Origin: a virus
DNA length: 37,515 bases
IMG/VR virus record: IMGVR_UViG_3300025326_000008
Reading direction: 5' to 3' (one strand)
This document shows, piece by piece, positions 6,836-16,043 of the stretch. Made by a program: the position numbers and the translations under genes. The notes below the pieces were generated by a model, which made no database searches, had not been told where the DNA came from, and saw only the letters and a program-made list of their open reading frames with translations. Position 1 is the first letter of the stretch. Every line of letters starts with the position of its first letter.

Positions 6836-8794
6836 TTAGACCGCTTTCCAAGCACGAGGTGAATTCACCTTTAACGGTCTGCCTTCAAGAATAATTCCAA
6901 GTAATACGTAGTCTGAGTCGATAGTCGAAGTAGTGAGCCTGAATTGAACGTCTCTCAACTTCTTTCTGACGGCTACATACCTAATATCTGCCGAGTCTGA
7001 AAATAGTGAAACTGTCCCTGCGCTGTCCCCTAGTTGAACACTTCCCATCGGATCATATCCAAAACCCGACAATGAATACTCCGGTGAGATCGTAGCCGAG
7101 GTAATTCCTCTAAACCCTCCTCTTTTCTCACTTCCTGAGACTTCGAAGTTAAGTACACCTCTTGGAGCACCCAATTTAATAAAAACCTTATCTACACGGG
7201 CAAATTCCTTCCAAAGTTTGTCTAACGGATAACGACCTGAAGTGTAGTCGGTAGTAAAAGCTACTCCCAAATCCCCTTGAATATTCTCGGCTATTTTAAT
7301 TAGTTTGGTTCCGGTTAAAGGAACGTAGAGCAAATGAGTATCTCCATTGGTATCCGTAGACTCAAAGAACTGTTTAGCTCCGATTGTCCACTCAACTATC
7401 CAGCAACCCCTCTCGGTGTCTAGGATAATAATTCTCGTATTCCCTGCTGTTGAGGTTGGAACTGAGATAAATACTTTAGCATCGTAGAAGTATGAGCAAA
7501 TACCAGGGATTTTGCTTCCTTCAAGGGAGTTCCAATAAGGCCGTATCTTTGCGCTTATCTCCTCCGTTCTTAATATACCGAAATAGTTTTGTCGTGGCCC
7601 TAAATTAAACCAACCTCTCCTGTTTGGGAACATTATGTCATTCGTTGTCTGGACTACTCCCAAAAGCGATTCTGTACCAAACGAACCTACGACCTTCTGT
7701 GCTGAGGGGACTGAGAAGGTAGTCGATCCTACAGTAGCACTCGTTATCTGTATCTGCCAAACCGCCCCTTTACCTTCAGGGGTTTTACAAAGCGTGGTAA
7801 GTCGCCCCTCACCTTGGCCTGATTGATAATGAACTACCGCCTGTGGGATCTCACGGCCTCCTTTTTCAAGGTTTATCCACCCACCTCCGTAAAAGTCCGA
7901 GAATACTCCGATAAACTGCCCCGTACCTGAGAAGTAAACTTTGTACATATCATCATCGTTATTGGTGGCCCAAATTCTATTACCCGACACACACATGCTC
8001 TTAAACTTAGGTGCACTGGTTGTATTATCCTCCGGAGGAATGACGTAAGGATTAAGTTCAAGTGAGCCATCATCTACAAACGAAGCCGCAGTTGTAGAAG
8101 TTAGGAGTGTTTCATCTCCTTCTTCGTCTGAGATATATAGTTGATACCTTTGGGCGTTTGAAAGAGCCGTCCAAGACCAAGTAATTTTATCTCCACTTGT
8201 CCAAGCGTCTCTCGCTTCATTAACCGCACACGAAGCCTCAGTAGAACCCGTAGTCTCACCTATTTCGTTAAGTGCGGTAACTTGTGCATAATAGATAGTA
8301 GACCCCGCAGAAAGGGTGCTTGATTTAACCCCCGATAAACCCGTAGGAGCGTTTATTGAGTTATAAGTCGAAAGAACCGTCCCGTTATATCTAGCTAGAG
8401 AGTCTGTACCGTTTGCTATATAAAGGTATCCGGTGATCTGCATGAAGTAACACTGAACATCTGCTGTGAAGGTGGCTCCTGAGATAGAACTCCACGCTCC
8501 CCCGTCAGTTGATTTATATGCCACACCACCTGCGATTGCGATTATTTCTGTAGTACCGTCGCTTTTAACGTATTCTGCCGCTCCGTCAATCGTATCTGAA
8601 AGAGAGGCTCCGTAATAAGCCGTTCCCCATCTTGGCTTCCACTGACCATCGCCGACCAAAATTAAATTCTTACTAGTGAGAGCTTCGTCCAACCCTATCC
8701 TGGCCTCGTTGAGGAGCTTGTTGGTTCCTTTGTAAGTGGTCTGCTCTATATGAATCTTTTTATTGCCTGTCTTATTTTGTGGAAGGTTAATCAT
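6836..8794 (-). CDS. Large tail/nozzle-like structural protein (about 652 aa)
   Basis: Long ORF in the tail module, beta-rich. The track ORF extends to 8863 but overlaps the HNH gene. ATG 8794 gives an 8-nt overlap (ATGATTAA). The exact start is uncertain (8794, 8809 or 8863). Confidence 0.5.
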   Translation of the reverse strand: MINLPQNKTGNKKIHIEQTTYKGTNKLLNEARIGLDEALTSKNLILVGDGQWKPRWGTAYYGASLSDTIDGAAEYVKSDGTTEIIAIAGGVAYKSTDGGAWSSISGATFTADVQCYFMQITGYLYIANGTDSLARYNGTVLSTYNSINAPTGLSGVKSSTLSAGSTIYYAQVTALNEIGETTGSTEASCAVNEARDAWTSGDKITWSWTALSNAQRYQLYISDEEGDETLLTSTTAASFVDDGSLELNPYVIPPEDNTTSAPKFKSMCVSGNRIWATNNDDDMYKVYFSGTGQFIGVFSDFYGGGWINLEKGGREIPQAVVHYQSGQGEGRLTTLCKTPEGKGAVWQIQITSATVGSTTFSVPSAQKVVGSFGTESLLGVVQTTNDIMFPNRRGWFNLGPRQNYFGILRTEEISAKIRPYWNSLEGSKIPGICSYFYDAKVFISVPTSTAGNTRIIILDTERGCWIVEWTIGAKQFFESTDTNGDTHLLYVPLTGTKLIKIAENIQGDLGVAFTTDYTSGRYPLDKLWKEFARVDKVFIKLGAPRGVLNFEVSGSEKRGGFRGITSATISPEYSLSGFGYDPMGSVQLGDSAGTVSLFSDSADIRYVAVRKKLRDVQFRLTTSTIDSDYVLLGIILEGRPLKVNSPRAWKAV

Positions 8795-9362
8795 GAAAAA
8801 TATAATCATCCTTTCTAATTCCCCTACCTGCATAGTTGTCTGTCTGCCTATGACATTCGACACAAAGCACCCTTCCGTTATCTATGGCAAACCTTAGTTC
8901 GGGGTAAAGTGCCCATGATTTAATGTGATCAGCGTGAAGTGTTCCATCTTTCTGTCCGCAGTTTTGACAAGTGTGGTCATCCCTCATGAAGACCGCAGCC
9001 CTCCAAATGCCATACTCTTTTGACCCTCTCATTCTTTTTGTCTCTGTTCCGTTTCCGAGTCCTTTATTCCATGAAATGTTCCCCTTTTTTATTTCCGTTG
9101 TGGGGCTAAAGTGTTTTCCTTTTTTATCTAATGACTCACACCTTTTTGAACACCTTTTCCTCAAATTGGCCCATGATTTGAAAACAAAAAACTCCTTGTG
9201 GCAATACTGACAAATTAAACCAACCTTTTGAGTTCTACCTTTATAGAAGCACTCCATAGAGCAATACTTTTTTCTATTCCAAACGCCAACGCCCATCCGG
9301 TATGGACACTTAATTGTCTTTTGACAAAACTGACATTTCTTTGTTCTTTGTGTGGCTTTCAT
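8787..9362 (-). CDS. HNH endonuclease with multiple Cys motifs
   Basis: HADHIKSWALYPELRFAIDNGRVLCVECHRQT (H-N-H with CxxCH), plus CQFCQK, CSMEC, CQYCHK and CSKRC. The first ATG is at 9362 (the track start at 9371 is TTG). Confidence 0.85.
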   Translation of the reverse strand: MKATQRTKKCQFCQKTIKCPYRMGVGVWNRKKYCSMECFYKGRTQKVGLICQYCHKEFFVFKSWANLRKRCSKRCESLDKKGKHFSPTTEIKKGNISWNKGLGNGTETKRMRGSKEYGIWRAAVFMRDDHTCQNCGQKDGTLHADHIKSWALYPELRFAIDNGRVLCVECHRQTDNYAGRGIRKDDYIFHD

Positions 9363-9367
9363 ACATA

Positions 9368-10093
9368 TCAACGATTTGTTGGATTACTTGAACTTGCGAA
9401 ACCCATGTCCCCTGTGCCAAATCCTTCTAAATTATCTAAACTACTCTCGATATTAAACGGAACCCCCCAGAAGCCCGAGTTATTAACTGATTTCATCTGT
9501 TTAAGTAACCCTTCGGCTACAGTAAAGAAGTTTCCGTCTATACTGTCTGTAGACTCGCTCATGTGTGCGGCTATGAAGTAACAAAGAAAATTAGGATCGC
9601 TTGGTTCTAAAACTGTACTTGTGGCTGAACTTTGGGTAGCGGCCTTGTAATAAGGATAGTTTATTGTCCCTCCTGTAGTCGGAGTAGAGAGAGGGTTAAA
9701 CTGTAAACTATGCCCTGCTTTAGCGTTACCCTTGAAATAAACCCAATTATCGGTACTATTGGCGTACTTTCCTACTTCCTCACTAGGTAATACGTGCCAA
9801 AATGTAACCCCACCCGCACTGTCGGTAGTAGTTACATATCCCCCTTCTCGTACAAAGTCTGTAGGTGTATCGTAAGTAAAGACGGCTGCGGATACTGTTT
9901 TATCCCCCGTTGAAGCACTTGTTAGGTCAGTCCACAATTCTCTCCAAGTGGTGTTATCAAAGTGTTCCCACCTCTGGACTCCCATATTAAGGAAGGATCG
10001 TGCCGTTAAGTATTCTGAGTCGGTTGTATCCCACGTATCACTATCTTTTTCAAGAAGTGAGAAGACGTTGTTGATGATTGATTGTTCTGTCAT
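9368..10093 (-). CDS. Hypothetical virion protein (241 aa), possibly adaptor or tail-tube associated
   Basis: Lies between the internal-virion-like giant protein and the tail genes. ATG at 10093 (the track start at 10099 is TTG). No family recognised. Confidence 0.4.
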   Translation of the reverse strand: MTEQSIINNVFSLLEKDSDTWDTTDSEYLTARSFLNMGVQRWEHFDNTTWRELWTDLTSASTGDKTVSAAVFTYDTPTDFVREGGYVTTTDSAGGVTFWHVLPSEEVGKYANSTDNWVYFKGNAKAGHSLQFNPLSTPTTGGTINYPYYKAATQSSATSTVLEPSDPNFLCYFIAAHMSESTDSIDGNFFTVAEGLLKQMKSVNNSGFWGVPFNIESSLDNLEGFGTGDMGFASSSNPTNR

Positions 10094-10105
10094 GTTCAAG
10101 CCAAT

Positions 10106-10133
10106 AAAAAAGACGCAATTCGAAAATTGCGCC
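10106..10133 (-). terminator. Intrinsic terminator of cassette D
   Basis: Minus strand: ggcgcaatt-UUCG-aattgcgtc followed by U6, then 12 nt to ATG 10093. One G-U pair is valid only on the minus strand. Confidence 0.7.
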
Positions 10134-10167
10134 TTCCTCCCCAGACATGGGGATACCTAGCAATTCC

Positions 10168-10196
10168 CTTATATCATTTTTAAAACACATTGTCAA
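10168..10196 (-). promoter_or_regulatory. Promoter of cassette D (extended -10)
   Basis: Minus strand: TTGACA (10196..10191), 17-nt spacer ending aaaTGA, TATAAG (10173..10168). The leader holds a 6-bp hairpin, tcccca-tgtc-tgggga (10138..10153). Confidence 0.55.
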
Positions 10197-10240
10197 AGTT
10201 ATCCGAGCAAACTTCTAACTATCTCCGATAATTTACAGTT

Positions 10241-13200
10241 TTACTTGATAGTGTATCTCCTAATCGTTGACTTGGTTATTTTAGGTTTCTTAAATTTAAT
10301 AGTTGGTAATTTGGGTGCGGCACGCCTTTTAAGGGTAATTGTAGGGACTTTGGATTTAGTGAACTTGACGGTTATCTTTTTACCTTTCTTGGCTTTTTTG
10401 GGAGCCTTGGTCTTGTCGTAAGCGATAGAAAGTGCGTTTATCTTTTCGCTTGCTACTTCTTGAGTGATGGCTCCTGCCTCGTAAGCGTCGTATATCTTGT
10501 TTACTTGAGTTGATATGCCAGACTTGTATCTCGATATGGCTTCTTTGCCAATAGCTGTAGATTTATCAAATGTTGGGTATTCAAAAGATTTGTCGAGGTC
10601 AACTTCTATAAGTTCACCATCTTTTACATAACTTATATTTCCACCACTGACTGATTCACCACTTTCGGCAGCGTTTACTTCAATCCCATTGGACTTGGTG
10701 TTGGTAGTCTTCGGTTTGTCTTTTTTTCTAGCTTCCAAAACAGAATCGTAATATTGCTGAGCTTTGGCTGGATCAGTCTTTAATAACTTCTTATAAGTTT
10801 CTGACTGTTTATCTCCTAGAACTGAAGTGTTTGTATCAAAATACTCTCTAGCTTCGGGTGTTGAATATTGACCAAAAACCGCTCTCTGTATGTTTCTAAG
10901 CGGTGTTTGTTCTGTTGGGAACCTGACCTTGCCGGTTGCCGACTCGCTATATCCTTTTTCGGTTGCCCCAATACCTTCAATACTTCTTTTTATTTGTTGA
11001 CCTGCAAACGGAGGGAGTATCTTGAAAAGCGGATCTTGTAGGCCTTTGGTAACCAAGAGTCCCGAACCAAATCTTGTCGGATCCCCTTTACCGAAGAACT
11101 GCTCTCTTGTTGGCAACTGAGTATCACCGACCTTTGCTCCATATTCGGGATAAGCCGCAGCTAAAGATTGACCAAGTGGAACATTTGAGATAACTTCTCC
11201 CGCAAGCCTTCCTCCAGCCCTCATTAGTCCTATTTTCTTGTCTTCTTCTTCTTTGTAGGCATTGTAGGCATCTATCGACGCCTGGATCGGGTCTAAAGAC
11301 ACATCGCTTCCTCTTATTTTTTCCGCTGTCCTGTTAAATACATAAGAAGCGGCAAAGAATGTTGCAAGTTTTCCGAATTGCTTTTCTCCTACCCAATCAC
11401 CCATTACGTGCCATAAATTAGCAACTTCTAACTGGAAAGGTGCCACCATTTGAAACACCTTCGACTTTTGTATTAGAGGGACTTCACCTATGCCCCTACC
11501 CGCAACCATACCTCTCGTTGCATCATCTGCAAACTTAATAGGGTTCGGGACTTTATTTGAGAGTGCTTTTGCGTATTCTGAGTTCCAAATGTATTTAGTT
11601 CCGACATTATCTAAAACCGTGACCATCCATGCTGCAAACTTTCTGGTATTATTTATCATTCCTCTATCAAACCTGTCGAAAGCACCACTCCCATACCTCT
11701 CTGTAATAAAGTTTGACTTTTTGATGGGCGTTGCCTCATCGAAAATGTTTGCAATAGTATAACCTAAACCTTTAATTGAATTTCCAGGTCCAGCGTCTGC
11801 TATCCCCTGTGGTACATTGAATATCTGTGCCAAAGATGAACTTGCATTACCTAGAATAACATTGGCCTTTACCCTATTGTTTAGCCAATTTATTACACTC
11901 ATAGCTTTTCTTCCCCCTGGTATTACTTTTTGGATAAACCTATCTGCCGGGTTGGTTTTGCCTGCGAGATCTCTTGAAAAATCGTGTAGATATTCTATAA
12001 ATCCATTTAGTTTTGGATCAGCTTCTGTCTGTTTTGCTAAGTCATCGGCCAAAGCTCCAAACTTACTCGTAAAAGGATCAATGTTTTTACTGTACTCGGC
12101 GGCTTTAACATAATCTATAAATCCACCAACCGCATCCACGTCCGTTTGTCCGCCCAACCTCTTTTGAGCAAATGACAGCCACTTTGATTTGGGTTTGGTA
12201 AATTCACTCGTACCAGCTAGCGAAGACTTAATGTTGGCTGGACTATCAAATATGTTTAGTAGTCCAGATATTCCTCGGCTCATTTCTCTAAAGTGTCTGT
12301 AGTAGTCTTGGCGTTTTGGTATCAGCTTTTCTGGATTGTTTGGATAGATACGCTTCATGACGGCATTTACTTCATCAAGTAGTTGGTCGTATTCTTTTCT
12401 AAACCATTGATCAGCTTTAACTATGTTGTCAGCCTTCTTTTGTCCAAACTGTTGAACTATTTCTTCATAGGTTAGCTTATCCTCACCAAACATTTGAGTT
12501 GCAGCACTTTCCTTACTTCCCTTTTTAATGCCCAAATCAATCTCAATTTCTTTGTTTATTCTTTTTGACCAATTTGCATAATTTCTTGATAAATTACCTT
12601 TGGCCTGATCAAACGGATCAAGTAAAACCCTTTTAATGTTTTCAAAACCCTTCCCATATACTTCTTTGAAGTTTCTATAAACATCTCTTGTGTAAGCCTT
12701 GAATCCAGAAATATCTTTTAAGTCTTCCGCACCAACGCCTCCAACCTTAGTATTTTTTGATATAGACTTGCCTATGTCTTCTACGTTAGCCTTGGACTGC
12801 ATATAAGGTGTTCTTGTTGCACCCTCTTGTGCAAAGAGTGTTTTTTGCCATTCTTTATAATCATTATTTGCCGTTATTTTAGCTGCTCTTTCTTGTTGTA
12901 GTTTGAGTTTCTTGAGACCCGCTTCGGTTGGGACGGCACTATATGTTTTCTGTGGTATAATATCTTGTGGTACAGATACGGGTTTTACTGGTTGTGTCGG
13001 GTCTTTCACTAATCCTAGTGACTTTCCTATTTCTTCTACGTCTATAAAACCTCTTTCATATTTTGAGTCTGATACTTCATTAAATTTTATATCTTTCCCG
13101 CTCATGTTTACTTCACTTGGGAATTTTCCTTTTAATTCTGATAATATTTTGGCAAATTGTCCCAAAGCATTTCTTGTGTATTTAATTGTCGCTTCTCCAG

Positions 13201-14197
13201 TTTCTTTGATAAATGGTTTAAGTGCTCCGTATATATTCCCCACCACTTTACTTGCACCAGCAAATCCTATTTCAGAAGCGGAACCAAAAGCTATATTTTG
13301 AGCTATATACTTTTCTCTGTCTTTTTCGGGTAAATCTCCCAATGACATTAAAAGTCCCTCAATTCCACCTTTGGCTGCAAGAGATCCAACCTTAAACCAA
13401 TTGCTCATATTTTTGGTTAGATTTAGTAATTTTGTTGTTTCTCCGAATATCTTTGTATTAGTTGGATTCTTTACAAATCCAATCATGTTTCCTGCCGTTA
13501 CTAACGGATCAAACTCCATACCCAATATTTTTATATTCCTTTGTGGTACATTGGGAGATTCGATATCACCCATTCCTTGTGTTACACCGGAAGCGACTCG
13601 TCTAAGTGTGTCCGATGATGCAATTTGCGGTTGATTGACAACAAAGTTTGCACCCTGGTACAGAGGACTTGCCACCGCAGCAAAATTTCCTATACCATAG
13701 GCAGCTTTGGCCAGACCTTGTACAACCTTACCCTTGTCATTGGTTTTAATACCCGTTCCAATTAGATTTCCGGCATCTATCATCTTATTAGCACTACCCA
13801 TACCCGTTCTAAATGAATTTGTAAACATACCAGCCATACCTTGAACTCCAGCTATCGGGACATTGACAATCGGTTGTATGTATTTTTGTAGAGGTTGAGG
13901 TGTTATTTGTTGCACGCCCGACCTTAGATAGTTTCCGAAAGCTGTTGGTAATTGGGGAATTGCATTTTGTACTCTCTGGATACCACCCTCAATTCCACCA
14001 GGTGTTGCTCTGTCTAAATTTCCCCAAAAGTTGTTTCCGTTATTGGAAGTGGGATTAAAATAGGGGTGTTGTACCACCTTTTTTACTGAGTTATATGCAT
14101 TAACAGGAGGAATTAAATTAAAAGCCGTCCCACCAACAGTCTGTACACCCTGTTGAAGTCTCTTTTTTAATTCGTCTGCGATGTCTTTAAGTGTCAT
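10241..14197 (-). CDS. Giant virion protein (1318 aa), internal/ejection-protein-like
   Basis: Single long ORF between the Q-rich protein and the tail genes, as in podovirus internal-core modules. No catalytic motif recognised. Confidence 0.5.
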   Translation of the reverse strand: MTLKDIADELKKRLQQGVQTVGGTAFNLIPPVNAYNSVKKVVQHPYFNPTSNNGNNFWGNLDRATPGGIEGGIQRVQNAIPQLPTAFGNYLRSGVQQITPQPLQKYIQPIVNVPIAGVQGMAGMFTNSFRTGMGSANKMIDAGNLIGTGIKTNDKGKVVQGLAKAAYGIGNFAAVASPLYQGANFVVNQPQIASSDTLRRVASGVTQGMGDIESPNVPQRNIKILGMEFDPLVTAGNMIGFVKNPTNTKIFGETTKLLNLTKNMSNWFKVGSLAAKGGIEGLLMSLGDLPEKDREKYIAQNIAFGSASEIGFAGASKVVGNIYGALKPFIKETGEATIKYTRNALGQFAKILSELKGKFPSEVNMSGKDIKFNEVSDSKYERGFIDVEEIGKSLGLVKDPTQPVKPVSVPQDIIPQKTYSAVPTEAGLKKLKLQQERAAKITANNDYKEWQKTLFAQEGATRTPYMQSKANVEDIGKSISKNTKVGGVGAEDLKDISGFKAYTRDVYRNFKEVYGKGFENIKRVLLDPFDQAKGNLSRNYANWSKRINKEIEIDLGIKKGSKESAATQMFGEDKLTYEEIVQQFGQKKADNIVKADQWFRKEYDQLLDEVNAVMKRIYPNNPEKLIPKRQDYYRHFREMSRGISGLLNIFDSPANIKSSLAGTSEFTKPKSKWLSFAQKRLGGQTDVDAVGGFIDYVKAAEYSKNIDPFTSKFGALADDLAKQTEADPKLNGFIEYLHDFSRDLAGKTNPADRFIQKVIPGGRKAMSVINWLNNRVKANVILGNASSSLAQIFNVPQGIADAGPGNSIKGLGYTIANIFDEATPIKKSNFITERYGSGAFDRFDRGMINNTRKFAAWMVTVLDNVGTKYIWNSEYAKALSNKVPNPIKFADDATRGMVAGRGIGEVPLIQKSKVFQMVAPFQLEVANLWHVMGDWVGEKQFGKLATFFAASYVFNRTAEKIRGSDVSLDPIQASIDAYNAYKEEEDKKIGLMRAGGRLAGEVISNVPLGQSLAAAYPEYGAKVGDTQLPTREQFFGKGDPTRFGSGLLVTKGLQDPLFKILPPFAGQQIKRSIEGIGATEKGYSESATGKVRFPTEQTPLRNIQRAVFGQYSTPEAREYFDTNTSVLGDKQSETYKKLLKTDPAKAQQYYDSVLEARKKDKPKTTNTKSNGIEVNAAESGESVSGGNISYVKDGELIEVDLDKSFEYPTFDKSTAIGKEAISRYKSGISTQVNKIYDAYEAGAITQEVASEKINALSIAYDKTKAPKKAKKGKKITVKFTKSKVPTITLKRRAAPKLPTIKFKKPKITKSTIRRYTIK

Positions 14198-14209
14198 ACT
14201 GGTTCTGGC

Positions 14210-15433
14210 CTATAAGCCAGCCAGTCGCTTTAGCTCATCCTCTACTGAGGCGTTAGTTCCACCAAATTTAGCTGTCGATGTTCCTGCGGGAGCAAACTGA
14301 GGCGTTCCTGTGATCTGCCCGTATTGCTGTTGTGGGGCCGTGTAAGCTCCAATTCCTGCCATGTTTTGTTTGAGTTGCGCCAAGTTTGTAGCGTTACTCA
14401 TAGCCCAGCTCTCAAGGGATGCCTGTCGTTGAGCTGTTTGATTCTGAATAGCTGTAAGTTTCGTGATGGCTGCCTGGTAGAGATTGGTTGTAAGACTCTG
14501 TAAATCTTGAGACTTAGATAGTTGACCCTGAGCTTTGGCTGTTTGTAATTGCTGTTGTGCTGAGGCAAACCAATCGGCTATCTGACCGATTCTTGTATCT
14601 CTTTCACCTGCGAGTCTATTTTTCTCCTGCATATAGATATTGTTTAATTTAGAACCTCTGTCGGCTATATCACTTAATATTGAGGCTGTTTGGGCTTGAA
14701 CATCTCCTCTTTGCTGGCTTCCTAGTTTAGTAAGTCCGTAAGCATATTGATTAACTGCCGAAGAGTCTCCAGCCCCCATTGATCCAAGATAGGTATTTCC
14801 GGCATTCATCAAGTTTCGAATGTTTGAGGAAATGTCTTTTAAGGTCTTGACTTGGTTGGTTTGGGTCTTACCTGCCTGAATATCAAGATCGGCTTGGTTT
14901 TGATCTTTTTGAAGTCCTAAATCTGTTACATTGGTATTGTAGGAAGTGTTAGCTATTCCTTCTTGGGCTGTTTTCTGCCCTGGGAGGCTGGTATTGAGCA
15001 TATTATCCAATTCACCGAAGTAGTTTGAATATCCACCCTCGATTTGCTGTCTCATAATGTCTTCGTAAGAAGGGCCAGAAGAACCCTCTCTTTGTTTGGC
15101 TTCCCAATCAGCCTGTGCGGCAACTGGATCCCAACCTTTATATTGATCAGATGGGAACGCACCCGTGTTTGTCGGGGCGGGATTTGCTGGAGGATTCGAG
15201 GTGTTTTCACCTAAAACTTGCGGGGTGCTTGCGTAGGTATTAAGGTAGCTCTGTTGCTGTGTAGGGTTCATCTGATATGTCCCCGTTTTGTTGAGATCTG
15301 CTGTAGCTGGATTTTGATACTGATCCATAACCAAATCCGACCCTCCCGAACTATATCGAGTAAAGCCGAGTAGGTCTGAAATCCTTTCGGTTATTCCGAA
15401 ATCTGGTGTTCCCCATGATCCTGTATGTGACAT
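14210..15433 (-). CDS. Q/N/T-rich coiled-coil virion protein (407 aa)
   Basis: ORF track. Low-complexity Q-rich helical C-terminal half. Lies directly upstream of the 1318-aa gene. A TATAAG box (15445..15440) sits 6 nt upstream of the ATG. Confidence 0.5.
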   Translation of the reverse strand: MSHTGSWGTPDFGITERISDLLGFTRYSSGGSDLVMDQYQNPATADLNKTGTYQMNPTQQQSYLNTYASTPQVLGENTSNPPANPAPTNTGAFPSDQYKGWDPVAAQADWEAKQREGSSGPSYEDIMRQQIEGGYSNYFGELDNMLNTSLPGQKTAQEGIANTSYNTNVTDLGLQKDQNQADLDIQAGKTQTNQVKTLKDISSNIRNLMNAGNTYLGSMGAGDSSAVNQYAYGLTKLGSQQRGDVQAQTASILSDIADRGSKLNNIYMQEKNRLAGERDTRIGQIADWFASAQQQLQTAKAQGQLSKSQDLQSLTTNLYQAAITKLTAIQNQTAQRQASLESWAMSNATNLAQLKQNMAGIGAYTAPQQQYGQITGTPQFAPAGTSTAKFGGTNASVEDELKRLAGL

Positions 15434-15455
15434 ATTTGACTTATAGTGTTATAAT
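15427..15455 (+). promoter_or_regulatory. Plus-strand sigma70-like promoter with extended -10, 6 nt from the ATG (leaderless candidate)
   Basis: GTGACA (15427-15432), 17-nt spacer ending TGT, TATAAT (15450-15455), then taactt and ATG (15462). Confidence 0.5.
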
Positions 15456-15461
15456 TAACTT

Positions 15462-15668
15462 ATGATTAAAGCCTTTTTAGTCGGTCTTTATTATCTTGGT
15501 TTGGCATTCTACCTTTGGTTTTACTTTGCTAACCAGGGAATGGAATTTGCGGATAATTTCAGAGCTAATACCAATAAGGTGTTTATTCTTGTGGTAATAA
15601 TTCCTAATATCGTTCTATTCTTATTCCTTTTAAGGTATCTAAAATCCAAACTCACTTCTCCTCATTGA
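15462..15668 (+). CDS. Small two-TM membrane protein (68 aa), the only convincing plus-strand gene
   Basis: ORF track: LVGLYYLGLAFYLWFYF and VFILVVIIPNIVLFLFLL. It has its own promoter. The caveat is that AT-rich antisense sequence can mimic hydrophobic ORFs. Confidence 0.5.
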   Translation: MIKAFLVGLYYLGLAFYLWFYFANQGMEFADNFRANTNKVFILVVIIPNIVLFLFLLRYLKSKLTSPH

Positions 15669-15946
15669 GGCTTCGCCTCAGGGGAGTCCGTCTACAAACT
15701 GCTTACCTAGCCATCCTCCCTTCACTTCCCTCTTCTCTCTATTCCGTATTCTTAAGCGTTACGCTTGAAGTTTCCGTTTTTAGATTAAGTCGGTCGTTTG
15801 GTCGGCCTGATACCTCATCTACTATCAGGTGTAGCCTTCTAGACTTGCGATCTAGTTGGAATTCCTTAAGGTCGATTTGCGGCCGCATCTCGATTAGGTA
15901 AGTTCGTTTTTACGGAACTCCAACTAAACAACAAGTTTTAACCAAT
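15669..15946 (-). ncRNA. Candidate structured RNA or long structured leader (minus strand inferred)
   Basis: No ORF of 60 aa or more looks protein-like here. Visibly more GC-rich than its surroundings. Hairpins: 15806..15829 (7 bp), 15839..15855 (loop is GCAA on the minus strand), 15667..15679. A 12-bp long-range helix, 15854..15865 with 15914..15925, is complete only on the minus strand (G-U versus A-C). Confidence 0.35.
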
Positions 15947-15973
15947 AAAAAAACCACCCAAACAATCGGGTGG
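15947..15973 (-). terminator. Intrinsic terminator of cassette A
   Basis: Minus strand: ccaccc-gattgttt-gggtgg followed by U7. Confidence 0.65.
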
Positions 15974-16014
15974 CCCTCCGTGCGTAAATACGCACTAAAC
16001 TAGCCTATGAATAA

Positions 16015-16043
16015 TATATATCATTTCTCACTTTTGTTGTCAA
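16015..16043 (-). promoter_or_regulatory. Promoter of cassette A (extended -10)
   Basis: Minus strand: TTGACA (16043..16038), 17-nt spacer ending aaaTGA, TATATA (16020..16015). The TGA is also the stop codon of the glycosyltransferase gene. The leader hairpin gtgcgt-attt-acgcac lies at 15980..15995. Confidence 0.55.

Noticed and set aside
10241-14197. The giant protein has exactly the length (1318 aa) of T7 gp16, suggesting direct homology.
   Set aside because: Length coincidence only. I could not find an SLT/lysozyme-type motif or any recognisable shared sequence block. It is kept as a generic internal-virion-like protein.
15665-15901. 78-aa plus-strand ORF across the structured region.
   Set aside because: It has a TTG start, L/S/R-rich composition typical of non-coding GC-rich sequence, and no RBS. 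The region is better explained by RNA structure that favours the minus strand.
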